From the NCBI GenBank assembly GCA_963829055.1, contig CAWHHI010000006.1, forward strand, positions 416,001 through 480,000: 64,000 bases of DNA, in the 5' to 3' direction. The number at the start of each line of letters is the position of its first letter. Position 1 is the first letter of the stretch. This document shows, piece by piece, positions 21,411 through 31,535 of the stretch. The notes beneath the pieces were generated by a model. The model was not told where the DNA came from, did no database searches, and saw nothing but the letters and a program-made list of their open reading frames with translations. Source of the DNA: an uncultured Gemmatimonadaceae bacterium. GTDB lineage: Bacteria; Gemmatimonadota; Gemmatimonadetes; Gemmatimonadales; Gemmatimonadaceae. A program made the position numbers and the translations under genes.

Positions 21411-24400
21411 ATGCCGCGGCAATTGTCGGGTTCGAGCACGGCACGTCTGATCGCGGGCATAGCAATGTGCCTAACGTTTACCGCACCGGCTCTGCTCTCG
21501 GCACAGGGTGCCGGGCGCATTCGTGGGAGGGTCTCGGACGCCGACGACAAGGCGCCGCTCTCCTCCGTTCAGATCTCGGTCGTGGGGACCAGCCTGGGCG
21601 CCGTGACCGGCGCGACCGGCCAGTACATCATCAACGGCGTCGCGCCCGGTCAGGTCACGCTGCGCATCCGCCGCATCGGCTACGCCAGCATGACGCAGCC
21701 GGTGACCGTTCCGGCGGGCGGCGAAGCCACCGCCGACATCGTCATGACGAGGGCCGCGACACAGCTGTCCGAGGTGATCACCACCGCGACCGGCGATGTC
21801 GAGAAGAAGACCTACGGCAACGTCGTGGCGACGATCAACGCCGACTCCCTCGTCGGCAAGGCGCCGATCACGAACGTCAACGAACTGCTTCAGGCGCGCA
21901 CCGCGGGCGTGCAGGTGATTCAGGGGACGGGACAGACCGGCGCCTCGAGCTCGATCCGCATTCGCGGCGCCAGCTCGCTCTCCCTCACCAACGAGCCGCT
22001 CATCGTCATCGACGGTCTCCGCTTCGACAACTCCCCCGCGTCCAGCAATTTCAGCTCGATTCGCGTCAACCGACTCGGCACGCTCAATCCCGACGAGATC
22101 GAGTCGATGGACATCATCAAGGGCCCTTCCGCAGCCGCGCTCTACGGAACGGCGGCCGCGAACGGCGTCGTCGTGATCACGACCAAGCGGGGGAAGGCCG
22201 GCTCCGCGAAGTGGAGCGCGTTCGGCGAAGGCGGCGCCGTGTCGCAGAACGCCGCCTTCACGTCGAACTATCAGGGGTGGGGCACGAACCTGAACGCCGC
22301 CGGACAGCGCGTCGGCCCCCCGGTCCAGTGCAAGGTGTTCGCGGCAGCGCGCCAGGCATGCGTCCTCGACTCGCTGACCTCCTACAATCCGTGGAACGCG
22401 AAGGAGACCGACCCGTTCCAGACGCAGGGGCGTTATGCGGCCGGGCTCCAGGTGTCAGGCGGTAGCGACCAGCTTCGTTACTTCCTCTCCGGCGAGCACC
22501 AGGGCGAAACCGGTCCCTACACCATGCCGGATTACGAGATCGACCGCCTCACGACGCTTCGCGGCACCCGTCCGCGCGATCGGGAGATCACCCCGAACGA
22601 GCTGACGATGAACTCGGCGCGCGGAAACTTCTCGCTCAGCATCAAGCCGAACCTCACGCTCGATGTGAACTCGGGCTACATCCGGCGCGACCTCTACAAC
22701 GCGTTCGAGGGGACGTTCTTCGCGGGATGACGTTCCAGTACATGACCGGTCCGGGCTTCAAGAACGCCACCAACGGGCTACAGCGTGAGTTCGTGGGTGA
22801 CGTGTTCGGTGTCGAGGGCAAGCTGCGCGATGACCGGTTCACCGGCGGCGCCACGCTCAACTGGCAACCCAAGACCTGGCTCACTGGACGCGCGATCGTG
22901 GGAATCGACCAGACGAATTCCTTCGGGTATCGCCAGCAGTTGAAAGGCGAGGGACCGCAGGTCGGTGTGTCGTGGGGGCCCATCTCCAACGAAGGTGGAA
23001 AGGACTACGACCGCTCGAACAACGCGCGCTACACGTTCGACATCGGCGCGACCGCGACCAAGGACATCACGCCGGTGCTCAACTCGCGCACGTCGGTAGG
23101 CGCGCAGCGCTTCTTCGACGCGCAGTACCAGTCACAGGGCCGAGGCTACGGCCTGCCGCCCGGGGCGTCGACTCCCAACTCGGCGCGCCAGCGCGAGTCG
23201 TGGGAGTTCACCACTGAGGAAGCAACGTACGGTGCCTTCATCGAGGAGGCGCTCGGCTGGCGCGACAAGCTTTTCCTCACGGCCGGCGTCCGCACAGATC
23301 AGACGAGCGCATTCGGTCGCGAGGCGGCGCGTACTGTGTATCCACGCGCCGCGGTTTCGTACGTGATCTCGGATGAAGATTGGTTCCCGAAACTGTCATT
23401 GCATGGACCGACTCCGCCTGCGCATGGCCTATGGCAAGGCGGGTGTGCAGCCGAGTACCATCGCGGCGCTGCAGTACCTCGGTGCGGCGGCGTTCCCGAC
23501 TGGAGCCGCGGCCGATGAGCCGGGCCTTCGCATTGCTTCGATCGGCAACCAGAACCTGAAACCGGAAGTCACGACGGAATACGAAGGCGGCCTGGACCTC
23601 GGCTTATGGGATGGTCGCGTCGCCATCGAGGCGACGCTGTTCCGCAAGCTCTCCAAGGACGCCCTCTACAACCGGCCGCTTCCTCCGTCGTACGGCACGG
23701 CCATCGGATCCGCGTCGCCCACGCAGTGGCAGAACCTCGCCGCGGTGGAGAACAAGGGGACCGAGCTGACGGTCGACATGCAGATCCTTCGCAATCCGGC
23801 GTTTACATGGGACGTGCGTGTCAACGGCTCCCTGCTCAAGAACAAGCTCGTCGACGCCGGCGGCGTGCCTCTGCCGACCGCGCCCGGCGCGCGCAACGAG
23901 GTCGGGTATCCGCTGTTCGGACTGTGGGATCGCGAGATCAAGTCGTACAGCGACAAGAATGGCGATGGCCTGATCGGCGACGATGAGATCGACGTGTCGG
24001 CCGGGCTCGCGTTCCGTGGATCATCGCTCCCACAGCGCGAGGCCGGTTTCGGCACCACGGTCGGCCTGTTCAAACGCGCGCTGCAGTTCTCCATGCTGAT
24101 GGACTACCGCGGCGACTTCTACAAGCGCTGGCAGTACGAGGAGTGGCGCTGCCAGTCGAGCGGCAACTGCGCGGCCGTGAACGACCCGAAGGCTCCGCTG
24201 GCGGACCAGGCCGCGGCCACCGCCGCGAACAGCTCGTCCAAGCGCACGATCTGGGGCTACTACGTGCCTAACGACTTCCTCAAGCTCCGCGAGGTGTCGG
24301 CGACGTATACGCTGCCGGCCGATCTGTCGCGGCGCTGGCTGCGTTCACGCACCGCGTCGATCAACTTCGCCGCGCGCAACCTCGGCTACCCCTGGAGCAA

Positions 24401-24521
24401 GTACCCGGGCATTGACCCCGAGTCGAACAATTCGGTGGCGAACACCGGCGGCGGCAACAGCGAGCTCACGGCCCAGCCACCGCTGCGCTACTTCATTTCC
24501 CGAGTGAACATCCAGTTCTGA
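21411..24521 (+). CDS. SusC/RagA-family TonB-dependent outer membrane transporter (frameshifts near 22727 and 23395)
   Basis: N-terminal carboxypeptidase-regulatory-like domain, plug IRIRGASSL..NEPLIVIDG, IKGPSAAALYGTAAANGVVVITTKRG, NLKPE, and C-terminal VNIQF. Confidence 0.92.
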
Positions 24522-24564
24522 CCTCCGTCGCGATCGTGCGTGCAACCGAACAGAGAGCCAATCC

Positions 24565-25911
24565 ATGACTAATAGAACAGCTCGGACGTTCGCTGCCCTC
24601 CTGCTCGCCATTGGAGTCGCAGCGTGCAGCACCTCGGACCTGCTCGACGTAGAGACGCCCGACCAGATCACCCCTGACCAGGCCGGAAGCGCGGTTGGCG
24701 CGGCTGCGCTCCGCGTGTCGGCCATCGGCAACTTCGCCGCGTTCTACGGCGGTGATTATGGCGGGTCGTTCCACGGCGTGAGCATCACCAGCGGCATGCT
24801 CACCGACGAGATCGAGTCGGCTCGCGGTGGGACGGAGCATTTGGACAGCCGCGCCCAGAACGAGGGTGTGCAACCGCTCAGCACGACGTGGGCGTTCGTG
24901 GGGCAGTCCACGACGCAGACGGTTCGCGCCATCAAGGCACTGAAGGAGTTCGCGCCCGAAGGGACCGCCACGGAGAAGTCGACGAAGGCCACGCAGATCG
25001 GTCATCTGTACGCGCTGCAGGGCTTCGCGTACGCGATTCTCGCCGAGAACTACTGCAGCGGCATCCCAATCGCGAATGCGGATGACATCAACCCGAAGAC
25101 GGACCTGCTCACGACGGCGCAGTTGTACACGCGGTCGCTGGCGTACTTCGACACCGCGGCGACCACGTTAGGCACCACGACGGCCGACCAGCCATTCCGG
25201 AACGCCGTCGCGGTCGGACGTGGACGCGTGCTCGTCGACCTCGCCCGGTATGACGAAGCGGCAGCGGCGGTGACTACCGTCCCTACCAACTTCAGCTTCG
25301 CCGTCAGCTACTCGGCGACGTCCGTCGTGAACGCCATCTACGACTGGATGAACGCGACGCTGAACTACGCGCCCGCGGACAAGGAAGGCATCAACGGGAT
25401 GGACTTCATCACCGCTCGCGATCCGCGCGTGACGGTCATCCGCAACGCGGCGGGGGCTCCCACGCCACGAGCCGGGCAGGATGGAGCGCAGCATTACACG
25501 CAGACCGTCTTCGCGACGGCCGGCGCACCGATGCCGCTCGCGACGGGTGTCGAGGCGCGCCTGATCGAGGCCGAGGCTGCGCTCAAGAAGGGCGATGCGA
25601 CGACGTACCTGGCGAAGATGAACGACGCGCGCACGATCGTGAGCGCGCTGACCCCGCTGACCGACCCCGGCTCGGCGGTGGCGAGAGAGAACCTGCTGTT
25701 CCGCGAACGGGCTTTCTGGTTCTGGGGAACGGCCCATCGGCTCGGCGATCTTCGCCGTCTCGTGAAGGACTACAAGCGAGGCGCGGAGACCGTGTATCCC
25801 ACGGGACCGTATTTCAAGGGTGGGGCGTACGGCACGGACCTCGTCCTGATTCCGGCGCAAGCCGAGAAGAACAACGTGGATTTCCAGGGCTGCTCCGCGA
25901 CCACGTTGTAA
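24565..25911 (+). CDS. SusD/RagB-like lipoprotein
   Basis: Lipobox VAAC, EARLIEAEAAL and ERAFWFWGTAHRLGDLRR. Lies directly downstream of susC. Confidence 0.85.
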   Translation: MTNRTARTFAALLLAIGVAACSTSDLLDVETPDQITPDQAGSAVGAAALRVSAIGNFAAFYGGDYGGSFHGVSITSGMLTDEIESARGGTEHLDSRAQNEGVQPLSTTWAFVGQSTTQTVRAIKALKEFAPEGTATEKSTKATQIGHLYALQGFAYAILAENYCSGIPIANADDINPKTDLLTTAQLYTRSLAYFDTAATTLGTTTADQPFRNAVAVGRGRVLVDLARYDEAAAAVTTVPTNFSFAVSYSATSVVNAIYDWMNATLNYAPADKEGINGMDFITARDPRVTVIRNAAGAPTPRAGQDGAQHYTQTVFATAGAPMPLATGVEARLIEAEAALKKGDATTYLAKMNDARTIVSALTPLTDPGSAVARENLLFRERAFWFWGTAHRLGDLRRLVKDYKRGAETVYPTGPYFKGGAYGTDLVLIPAQAEKNNVDFQGCSATTL

Positions 25912-26047
25912 TGCGCTAGCGGGTGCGCACGGCGCGCGATCCCACCGGGGTCGCGCGCTCGTGCATCGAGCAATTTGGACCTAACGCGGCCTTGACGGCT
26001 CCTGGCTGACGCGCGAGGGTTAGCCACCCCGATTTCCCGAGGACCGC

Positions 26048-27514
26048 ATGTCTCGACTCGCGTCACGCGCTCGCCTGCTGCCCCTCAGTTTCGTCGCGGC
26101 GACCGCAATCGTCGCGCAGAGCCCACCCGCCGCTTCGAGAGCATCGACGGATCCCGACGTGGTCGGGGCGGAGCGCCTCTTCTCCGCCTGGCTGGAGGGA
26201 CAGATCGCCTACCGCGGGCTGCCGGGGATCGCCGTCGGCGTGGTCGCGGACCAGGAGCTCGTATGGGCGGCCGGATTCGGGCACGCCAACGTCCAGGCAA
26301 AGCGGCCGATGACCCCGGACACGAAGTTCCGCATGGCCTCGCACAGCAAGCTGTTCACGGCCACCGCCATCATGCAGCTGCGGGAGCAGGGCAAGCTCCG
26401 ACTCGATGATCCGGTTTCCAAATACCTGCCATGGTTCAAGGTGAAGCCGGCAGGGGATGACGACGGCCCGATCACCATCGAGCAGCTCCTCGGTCACGCG
26501 TCAGGCCTCCCACGTGAAGCAGGCCCGCACTGGACCACAATGCAGTTCCCGACCGCCGACGAGATCCGCAAGCTGATCGCCGACCGGGAAGCGCCGTTCC
26601 CACCGCAGGAGCGGTGGAAGTACTCGAACCTCGCCTACACGATCGCCGGCATGGTGGTGGAGCAGGTGAGCGGTGAGCCGTGGGCCGACTACGTTCAGCG
26701 CCACATTTTTCAGCCGCTCGGCATGAGCGCGTCGAGCGTGGACCGCAACGTCGAGGGACTCGCGGTCGGGTACGGGCGGCGCATGCCGGACGGGTCGCGT
26801 GAGGTGTTGCCCTTCATGGACGCGCGCGGGATGGCGGCGGCGACCGGCCTCACCTCGACCGTCGAGGACATGGCGAAGTTCGTCTCGGCCCAGTTCCGGA
26901 AAGGTCCCATGGGCGGTCGCCAGATCCTGAGCACCGGCTCGCTGCGGGAGATGCACCGCGTCCGCTCGCTGGAGAACGACTGGACCTCGGGCACCGGAAT
27001 CGGGTTCGCGGTGAGCCGGGTGCGTGACAAGACGTATGTGGGTCACGGGGGCGGCTACCCTGGCTACACGACCCAGACGCTGATTCAGCTCGACGACAAG
27101 GTCGGCGTGATCGTGCTGACCAACACGAACGACTCGAACCCGAACGACATCGCACGCCAGCTGATGGCTACCGTGGGAGCAGCGGTGGCGAAGGCATCGG
27201 CCGCGAAGCCGAAGGTGGTCGCGTGGGACCCGTCGTGGTCCCGCTTCGTGGGGCTCTACCGCGGTGTGTTCGGCGACAGCCAGGTGGTGCTGCTCAACCA
27301 GCGCCTGGTCGTGATCACGCCTAACGCGGCGAACGTCGACAATCCGGTCACCCTCGAGCCCCTTGGCGAGGGACGCTTTCGCTACGTGGCGGCTTCCGGT
27401 GGCGGGCCGGTGGGCGAAGTGGTGCGGTTCGTCGAGGAAGGCGGGCGGGTGGTGCGCATGATCACGGGCGACAGCTATGTGGACCGGGTGCCGGACAGCA
27501 CCGGATCGAAGTGA
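26048..27514 (+). CDS. Serine hydrolase, beta-lactamase/PBP (class C-like) family
   Basis: FRMASHSK (SxxK), YSN, HGGGYPG and a signal peptide. Confidence 0.92.
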   Translation: MSRLASRARLLPLSFVAATAIVAQSPPAASRASTDPDVVGAERLFSAWLEGQIAYRGLPGIAVGVVADQELVWAAGFGHANVQAKRPMTPDTKFRMASHSKLFTATAIMQLREQGKLRLDDPVSKYLPWFKVKPAGDDDGPITIEQLLGHASGLPREAGPHWTTMQFPTADEIRKLIADREAPFPPQERWKYSNLAYTIAGMVVEQVSGEPWADYVQRHIFQPLGMSASSVDRNVEGLAVGYGRRMPDGSREVLPFMDARGMAAATGLTSTVEDMAKFVSAQFRKGPMGGRQILSTGSLREMHRVRSLENDWTSGTGIGFAVSRVRDKTYVGHGGGYPGYTTQTLIQLDDKVGVIVLTNTNDSNPNDIARQLMATVGAAVAKASAAKPKVVAWDPSWSRFVGLYRGVFGDSQVVLLNQRLVVITPNAANVDNPVTLEPLGEGRFRYVAASGGGPVGEVVRFVEEGGRVVRMITGDSYVDRVPDSTGSK

Positions 27515-28008
27515 GCGAGGGTTCTCCTCGTATGCGACCACTCCAGGATCTCTACCCCGATGACTTCGCCCACTGCTACGGTTGCGGGCGCCTCAACGCG
27601 CACGGGCTGCACGTAAAGAGCGAGTGGCACGAGGGCGAAGCGCTCGCTCGCTTCCAGCCCGAGCCCCACCACATGGCGCTTCCCGGCTACGTCTACGGCG
27701 GGCTCACCGCGTCACTCGTGGACTGCCACTCGATGGCGACGGCAGCGGCAGCGTCCATGGAGGCGACCGGAGCGAGGCCGGGTATCGACCCGACGCCACG
27801 CTTCGTGACCGCGTCACTTCATGTCGACTACTTGCGGCCGACCCCACTCGGCCCCGTGCTCGTGCTTCGAGCGCGCGCCACCGAGCTGACCGAGCGCAAG
27901 GTCGTGGTGGAGACCTCCGTGTTCGCGGACGAGGTGGAGTGCGCGCGCGGGCGCGTCGTGGCGGTTCGCATGCCAGCGACAATGGGTACGGCTCCCGCAG
28001 TGGACTGA
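27511..28008 (+). CDS. PaaI/hotdog-fold thioesterase
   Basis: CYGCG..N, YGGLTASLVDCH and FVTASLHVDYLRPTP. The GTGA start overlaps the upstream stop. Confidence 0.9.
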   Translation: MSEGSPRMRPLQDLYPDDFAHCYGCGRLNAHGLHVKSEWHEGEALARFQPEPHHMALPGYVYGGLTASLVDCHSMATAAAASMEATGARPGIDPTPRFVTASLHVDYLRPTPLGPVLVLRARATELTERKVVVETSVFADEVECARGRVVAVRMPATMGTAPAVD

Positions 28009-28037
28009 GCGAACCGCCACGAGGCGCGATCGCCGCG

Positions 28038-28961
28038 TCAGATGATCGGCCCGACAGCCTCCAATGCATGTCGCAGCTTCTCGGGGTTGCGGACGAGGTG
28101 AAGCGCCCGGATGCGTCCGTCTTCCACGTCGACCGTCGTGGCCGTGGTGACTACGCCGTCCTCGAACGTCAGGATCGCTGGCTGGCCGTTGAGCCGCGTT
28201 AGGCGTCGGACCGCTGTCGGACCCACCTTGCGCCAGACGCCGAGCAGGAAGCGCGAGACGCGGTCCGAGCCGTCGAGCCGGTTGCGAGCGGCGCGCGCGA
28301 TGTCCGCCGCCGTCGGCGGCGAGCGTCACGTCCGGTGCGAGCAGCGCGAGCAGGGCGGGCGCGTCGTCCGCCGAGAGCGCGGCGAGATACTGTTCGAGGA
28401 TCCGCTCGTGCGCATTGGGCGGCGTAGGCACGCGCGGCCGGTCGGCGCGTACGCGGTCGCGTGCGCGATGCACCATTGGCGGATCGCGTCCGGCCGTCGC
28501 CCCAGGATGTGCGCGATCTCCGCATAGTCGGTCCCGAAGACTTCGCGCAGGAGAAACGCGGCTCGCTCTTCCGGAGCCAGACGCTCCAGAAGCACGAGTA
28601 GAGCGACGGACAGGTCGGATGCGAGCTCCGCTTGATGATCCGGAGCAGGCTCAGCGTTAGGCACCCCCGGCGCGTCGAGGGCAATCGGTTCCGGGAGCCA
28701 CGGACCAGGGTAGGCCGCCCGTTCGGTGCTGAGTCGTCGGAGCCGGTCCACCGCGAGGCGGCTGACGACGGTCACCAGCCACGCCTCCGGCGACCGCACC
28801 ACCTGGCGGTTGGTCTGTTGCCAGCGAAGGTAGGCCTCCTGCACCACGTCCTCGGCCTCATCCATGTCGCCGAGCATCCGGTAGGCGAGCCCGAGAAGCC
28901 GCGGGCGGTGTTCGAGGGCGCTCTCAGCCGAGAGCTCCTCCAGTGAGTTTCGAGCGATCAT
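28038..28961 (-). CDS. sigJ: ECF41/SigJ-type RNA polymerase sigma factor with SnoaL-like C-terminus (frameshifted)
   Basis: LAYRMLG..EAEDVVQEAY, YPGPWLPEP, ERAAFLLREVF, DGGG and RNPEKL, the ECF41 signature motifs. Confidence 0.9.
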
Positions 28962-28970
28962 AACAACACA

Positions 28971-28996
28971 GACGTCCTGGCCTCGCGGATGTGACA
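28971..28996 (-). promoter_or_regulatory. ECF41-type promoter facing sigJ
   Basis: Minus strand reads TGTCACA-N15-CGTC, 9 nt before the sigJ ATG at 28961. Confidence 0.7.
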
Positions 28997-29018
28997 GCCA
29001 TGCCGACGTGGCCTTGGC

Positions 29019-29044
29019 TGTCACATCACGATTGGCGTTCCGTC
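29019..29044 (+). promoter_or_regulatory. ECF41-type promoter facing the glyoxalase-like/NDH-2 genes
   Basis: TGTCACA (29019-29025), N15, CGTC (29041-29044). Confidence 0.7.
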
Positions 29045-29105
29045 TCTCATACGCAACGGAACGCCAACAACGACGAAATATCGTGCGATCACGAGGAGAA
29101 CGACG

Positions 29106-29555
29106 ATGTGCAAGAGTCATGGCTTCGAGCGGAAGGCCAGGCACGTATCGCCTGCATCGGCAAGGGCAGTGTTCCGCGAAACGCATGTGCGCTCGCGTCG
29201 GCGAACCGTCATGACGCCGAGCGAAGAGAGGGCAGCGCGGGTGTTCTATCGTCGCGCGCTGAAGGGTCGACAGGTGTGGCCGGCAGGAGACGCCTGTGCC
29301 AACGGAAGTCTCTGGTTCCTCGTCGCGGGCTCGCTCATCGAGGTCAGCGGTGGGCTGGTCAGCACCGCGAAACCGATTGTGCTCGATGTCGATGACCCCG
29401 ACGACCTCGCGCAGCGATGCTGGGATGCCGGGTTCACGGTCCGGGTCAATCAGGACTCGACGGGTCGTGCGCCTGTATCAGTCTTCGACCCGTTCGGTCG
29501 CAGGGTCGATCTGGCTCCTCGAGAAAGCACGCTGAATGTTTATCGCTCGGCGTGA
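29106..29555 (+). CDS. Glyoxalase/VOC-like small protein (start uncertain)
   Basis: AARVFYRRAL, LDVDDPDDLAQRC and FDPFGRRVDL. A GAGGAG RBS precedes 29106. Confidence 0.55.
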   Translation: MCKSHGFERKARHVSPASARAVFRETHVRSRRRTVMTPSEERAARVFYRRALKGRQVWPAGDACANGSLWFLVAGSLIEVSGGLVSTAKPIVLDVDDPDDLAQRCWDAGFTVRVNQDSTGRAPVSVFDPFGRRVDLAPRESTLNVYRSA

Positions 29556-29565
29556 GGAGGTGATC

Positions 29566-31008
29566 ATGGATAGGCGTGTCCTTTCAACCAGTTCCGTGCG
29601 TGCAGGCGCGGGGCATCACGCGGCGTTCGCTGTCGGAACGCCGATAGAGATCGACGCCGTAGCCGATCGGGCAGACGATGCGACTACCGCGCGCGGCAGC
29701 GAGACGGCAAGACGAATGACAACGACGAGGATCCTCGTACTGGGCGGTGGATTCGGCGGCGTCGCCGCGACACGCGAGATCGAACGACTGTTTCGCGACA
29801 AGCGGGATGTCGAGATCACGCTCGTGAGCCGCGACAACTTCTTCGTGCTCACACCGCTGCTGTTCGAAGCGTGTACCGGCGTCCTGGAGCTGCGGCATTG
29901 TGCGCAGCCCATCCGTCCTGCGTTGCGACGAGCGCGGTTCGTCGAGGCGAGCGTCGGGCACGTGGACGTCGAACGCCGCGTCGTCCACGCCGTGGCCGCG
30001 GAAGGCGTCTCGTACGAGCTTCCGTACGACCATCTCATCGTTGCACTCGGCGCGACGACGAATCAGACGCTGATTCCTGGTTCCACGAACGCGTTCACGT
30101 TCAAGACGATGGCCGACGCACTCGTACTCAGGAACCACCTGATCGAGCGCTTCGAGCGTGCGGATGCGGCGTCGGATCCGATGGTCCGCCGTCGCTGCCT
30201 GACGATCGTGGTGATCGGCGGCGGGCTGGTCGGCGTCGAGCTCCTCGGCGAGCTGACGGCGTTCGCGGATGATGTGCTTCGCTACTACCCGCGGTTACAT
30301 CGAGATGAAGTGCGCTTTCACCTGTTCGAGGCCGGCAAGCGCATCCTGCCGGAGATCGACCCGACGCTCGCGGAGGAGGCGGCGCGCGTGCTCGAGCGCC
30401 GCGGGGCGGACATCCGCGCCACGACGCCCGTGCGGTCGATCGAGCCGGGGTACGTCCATCTCGCGGGTGAGACGATCGAGGCGGCGACCATCGTGCTGGC
30501 GGCGGGCGTCGTGCCTAACGCTATCGCGACTCGCATCCCCGTCGCCCACGACGAGCGTGGACGCATTGCCGTCGACGCCACGATGCGGAGCCAGAGTCAC
30601 CCGGAGGTCTGGGCGCTCGGCGACTGCGCGGCCATCCCGTCACCGGACGGTCACCTGTATCCCGCGCTGGCGCAGCACGCGACGCGCGAAGCGCGACAGG
30701 TCGCGCGGAACGTTGCGGCCGTCGTCGGCAGGCGCACGCCTACCGCGTTCGTCTACCGCACGCTCGGCACCATGGCGTCGCTCGGACACACCGACGCCGT
30801 CGCGACCGTGATGGGCGTGCGCCTAACGGGATTCCCCGCGTGGTGGGTGCGACGGACGTATTACCTCATGCAGATGCCGCGCTGGGACCGACGCCTTCGG
30901 ATGGTGCTCGACTGGACGGTGGCGCTGTTCTTCCGGCCGGATATCACGAAGGTGGATCTTGCTGTCGAACAGGATCAGGTGCTTCGTGCCCCTAGTGGGA
31001 CGAGTTGA
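29566..31008 (+). CDS. ndh: Type II NADH dehydrogenase-like FAD oxidoreductase
   Basis: GGGFGG, LPYDHLIVALG, GGGLVGVELLGEL and WALGDCA..P. GAGGAGG RBS; alternative start at 29716. Confidence 0.88.
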   Translation: MDRRVLSTSSVRAGAGHHAAFAVGTPIEIDAVADRADDATTARGSETARRMTTTRILVLGGGFGGVAATREIERLFRDKRDVEITLVSRDNFFVLTPLLFEACTGVLELRHCAQPIRPALRRARFVEASVGHVDVERRVVHAVAAEGVSYELPYDHLIVALGATTNQTLIPGSTNAFTFKTMADALVLRNHLIERFERADAASDPMVRRRCLTIVVIGGGLVGVELLGELTAFADDVLRYYPRLHRDEVRFHLFEAGKRILPEIDPTLAEEAARVLERRGADIRATTPVRSIEPGYVHLAGETIEAATIVLAAGVVPNAIATRIPVAHDERGRIAVDATMRSQSHPEVWALGDCAAIPSPDGHLYPALAQHATREARQVARNVAAVVGRRTPTAFVYRTLGTMASLGHTDAVATVMGVRLTGFPAWWVRRTYYLMQMPRWDRRLRMVLDWTVALFFRPDITKVDLAVEQDQVLRAPSGTS

Positions 31009-31056
31009 AGCGAATGTTGAGAGCAGGCGATTCTGGCCGCAGAGCCAGAATTGGCA

Positions 31057-31496
31057 AACCCTGTCCACGACGGCGCTCGTCCACGAGGCCTACCTCCGGC
31101 TCGTGGACCAGACGCGCGCGCAGTGGGCCGACCGGGCGCAGTTCTTCGCCGTGGCCGCGCACGTGATGCGACGCGTGCTCGTGGATCACGCCGGCGTCAT
31201 CGCGCGGGACGGCGTGGCGGCGTGCATCGGCGCGGCGGTCTCGCTGGACGTCGCTCGAGTCGAGCAGACGCTGGAAGCCTCGCCACCGGCGAGCGCGCCA
31301 ACGTCCTCTTGGCGATGGACGAGGCGCTCGAGCGGCTCGCGGCGCTGGATTCGCGACAGGCGCGCGTCGTGAGTGCCGCTTCTTCGGAGGGCTGACGGAG
31401 TCGGAGACGGCGGAGGCGTTAGGCGTGACCGCACGCACGGTCGCGCGTGACTGGGTGAAAGCGCGCGGGTGGCTGTACCAGGAGCTTGTCCGATGA
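31057..31496 (+). pseudogene. ECF sigma factor (TIGR02999-like), N-terminus missing, frameshifted
   Basis: TLSTTALVHEAYLRL, FFAVAAHVMRRVLVDHA, FFGGLTESETAEALGV and RDWVKARGWL. No region-2 N-terminus or start codon lies upstream. Confidence 0.75.
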
Positions 31497-31535
31497 CGCG
31501 CTTCTGAGCAGTCGCCGGAAGGGCCGCGCTCGGCG

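Noticed and set aside
26048..27514. Bona fide antibiotic-resistance beta-lactamase
   Set aside because: It has generic serine hydrolase motifs with a C-terminal extension, and the substrate cannot be inferred from sequence.
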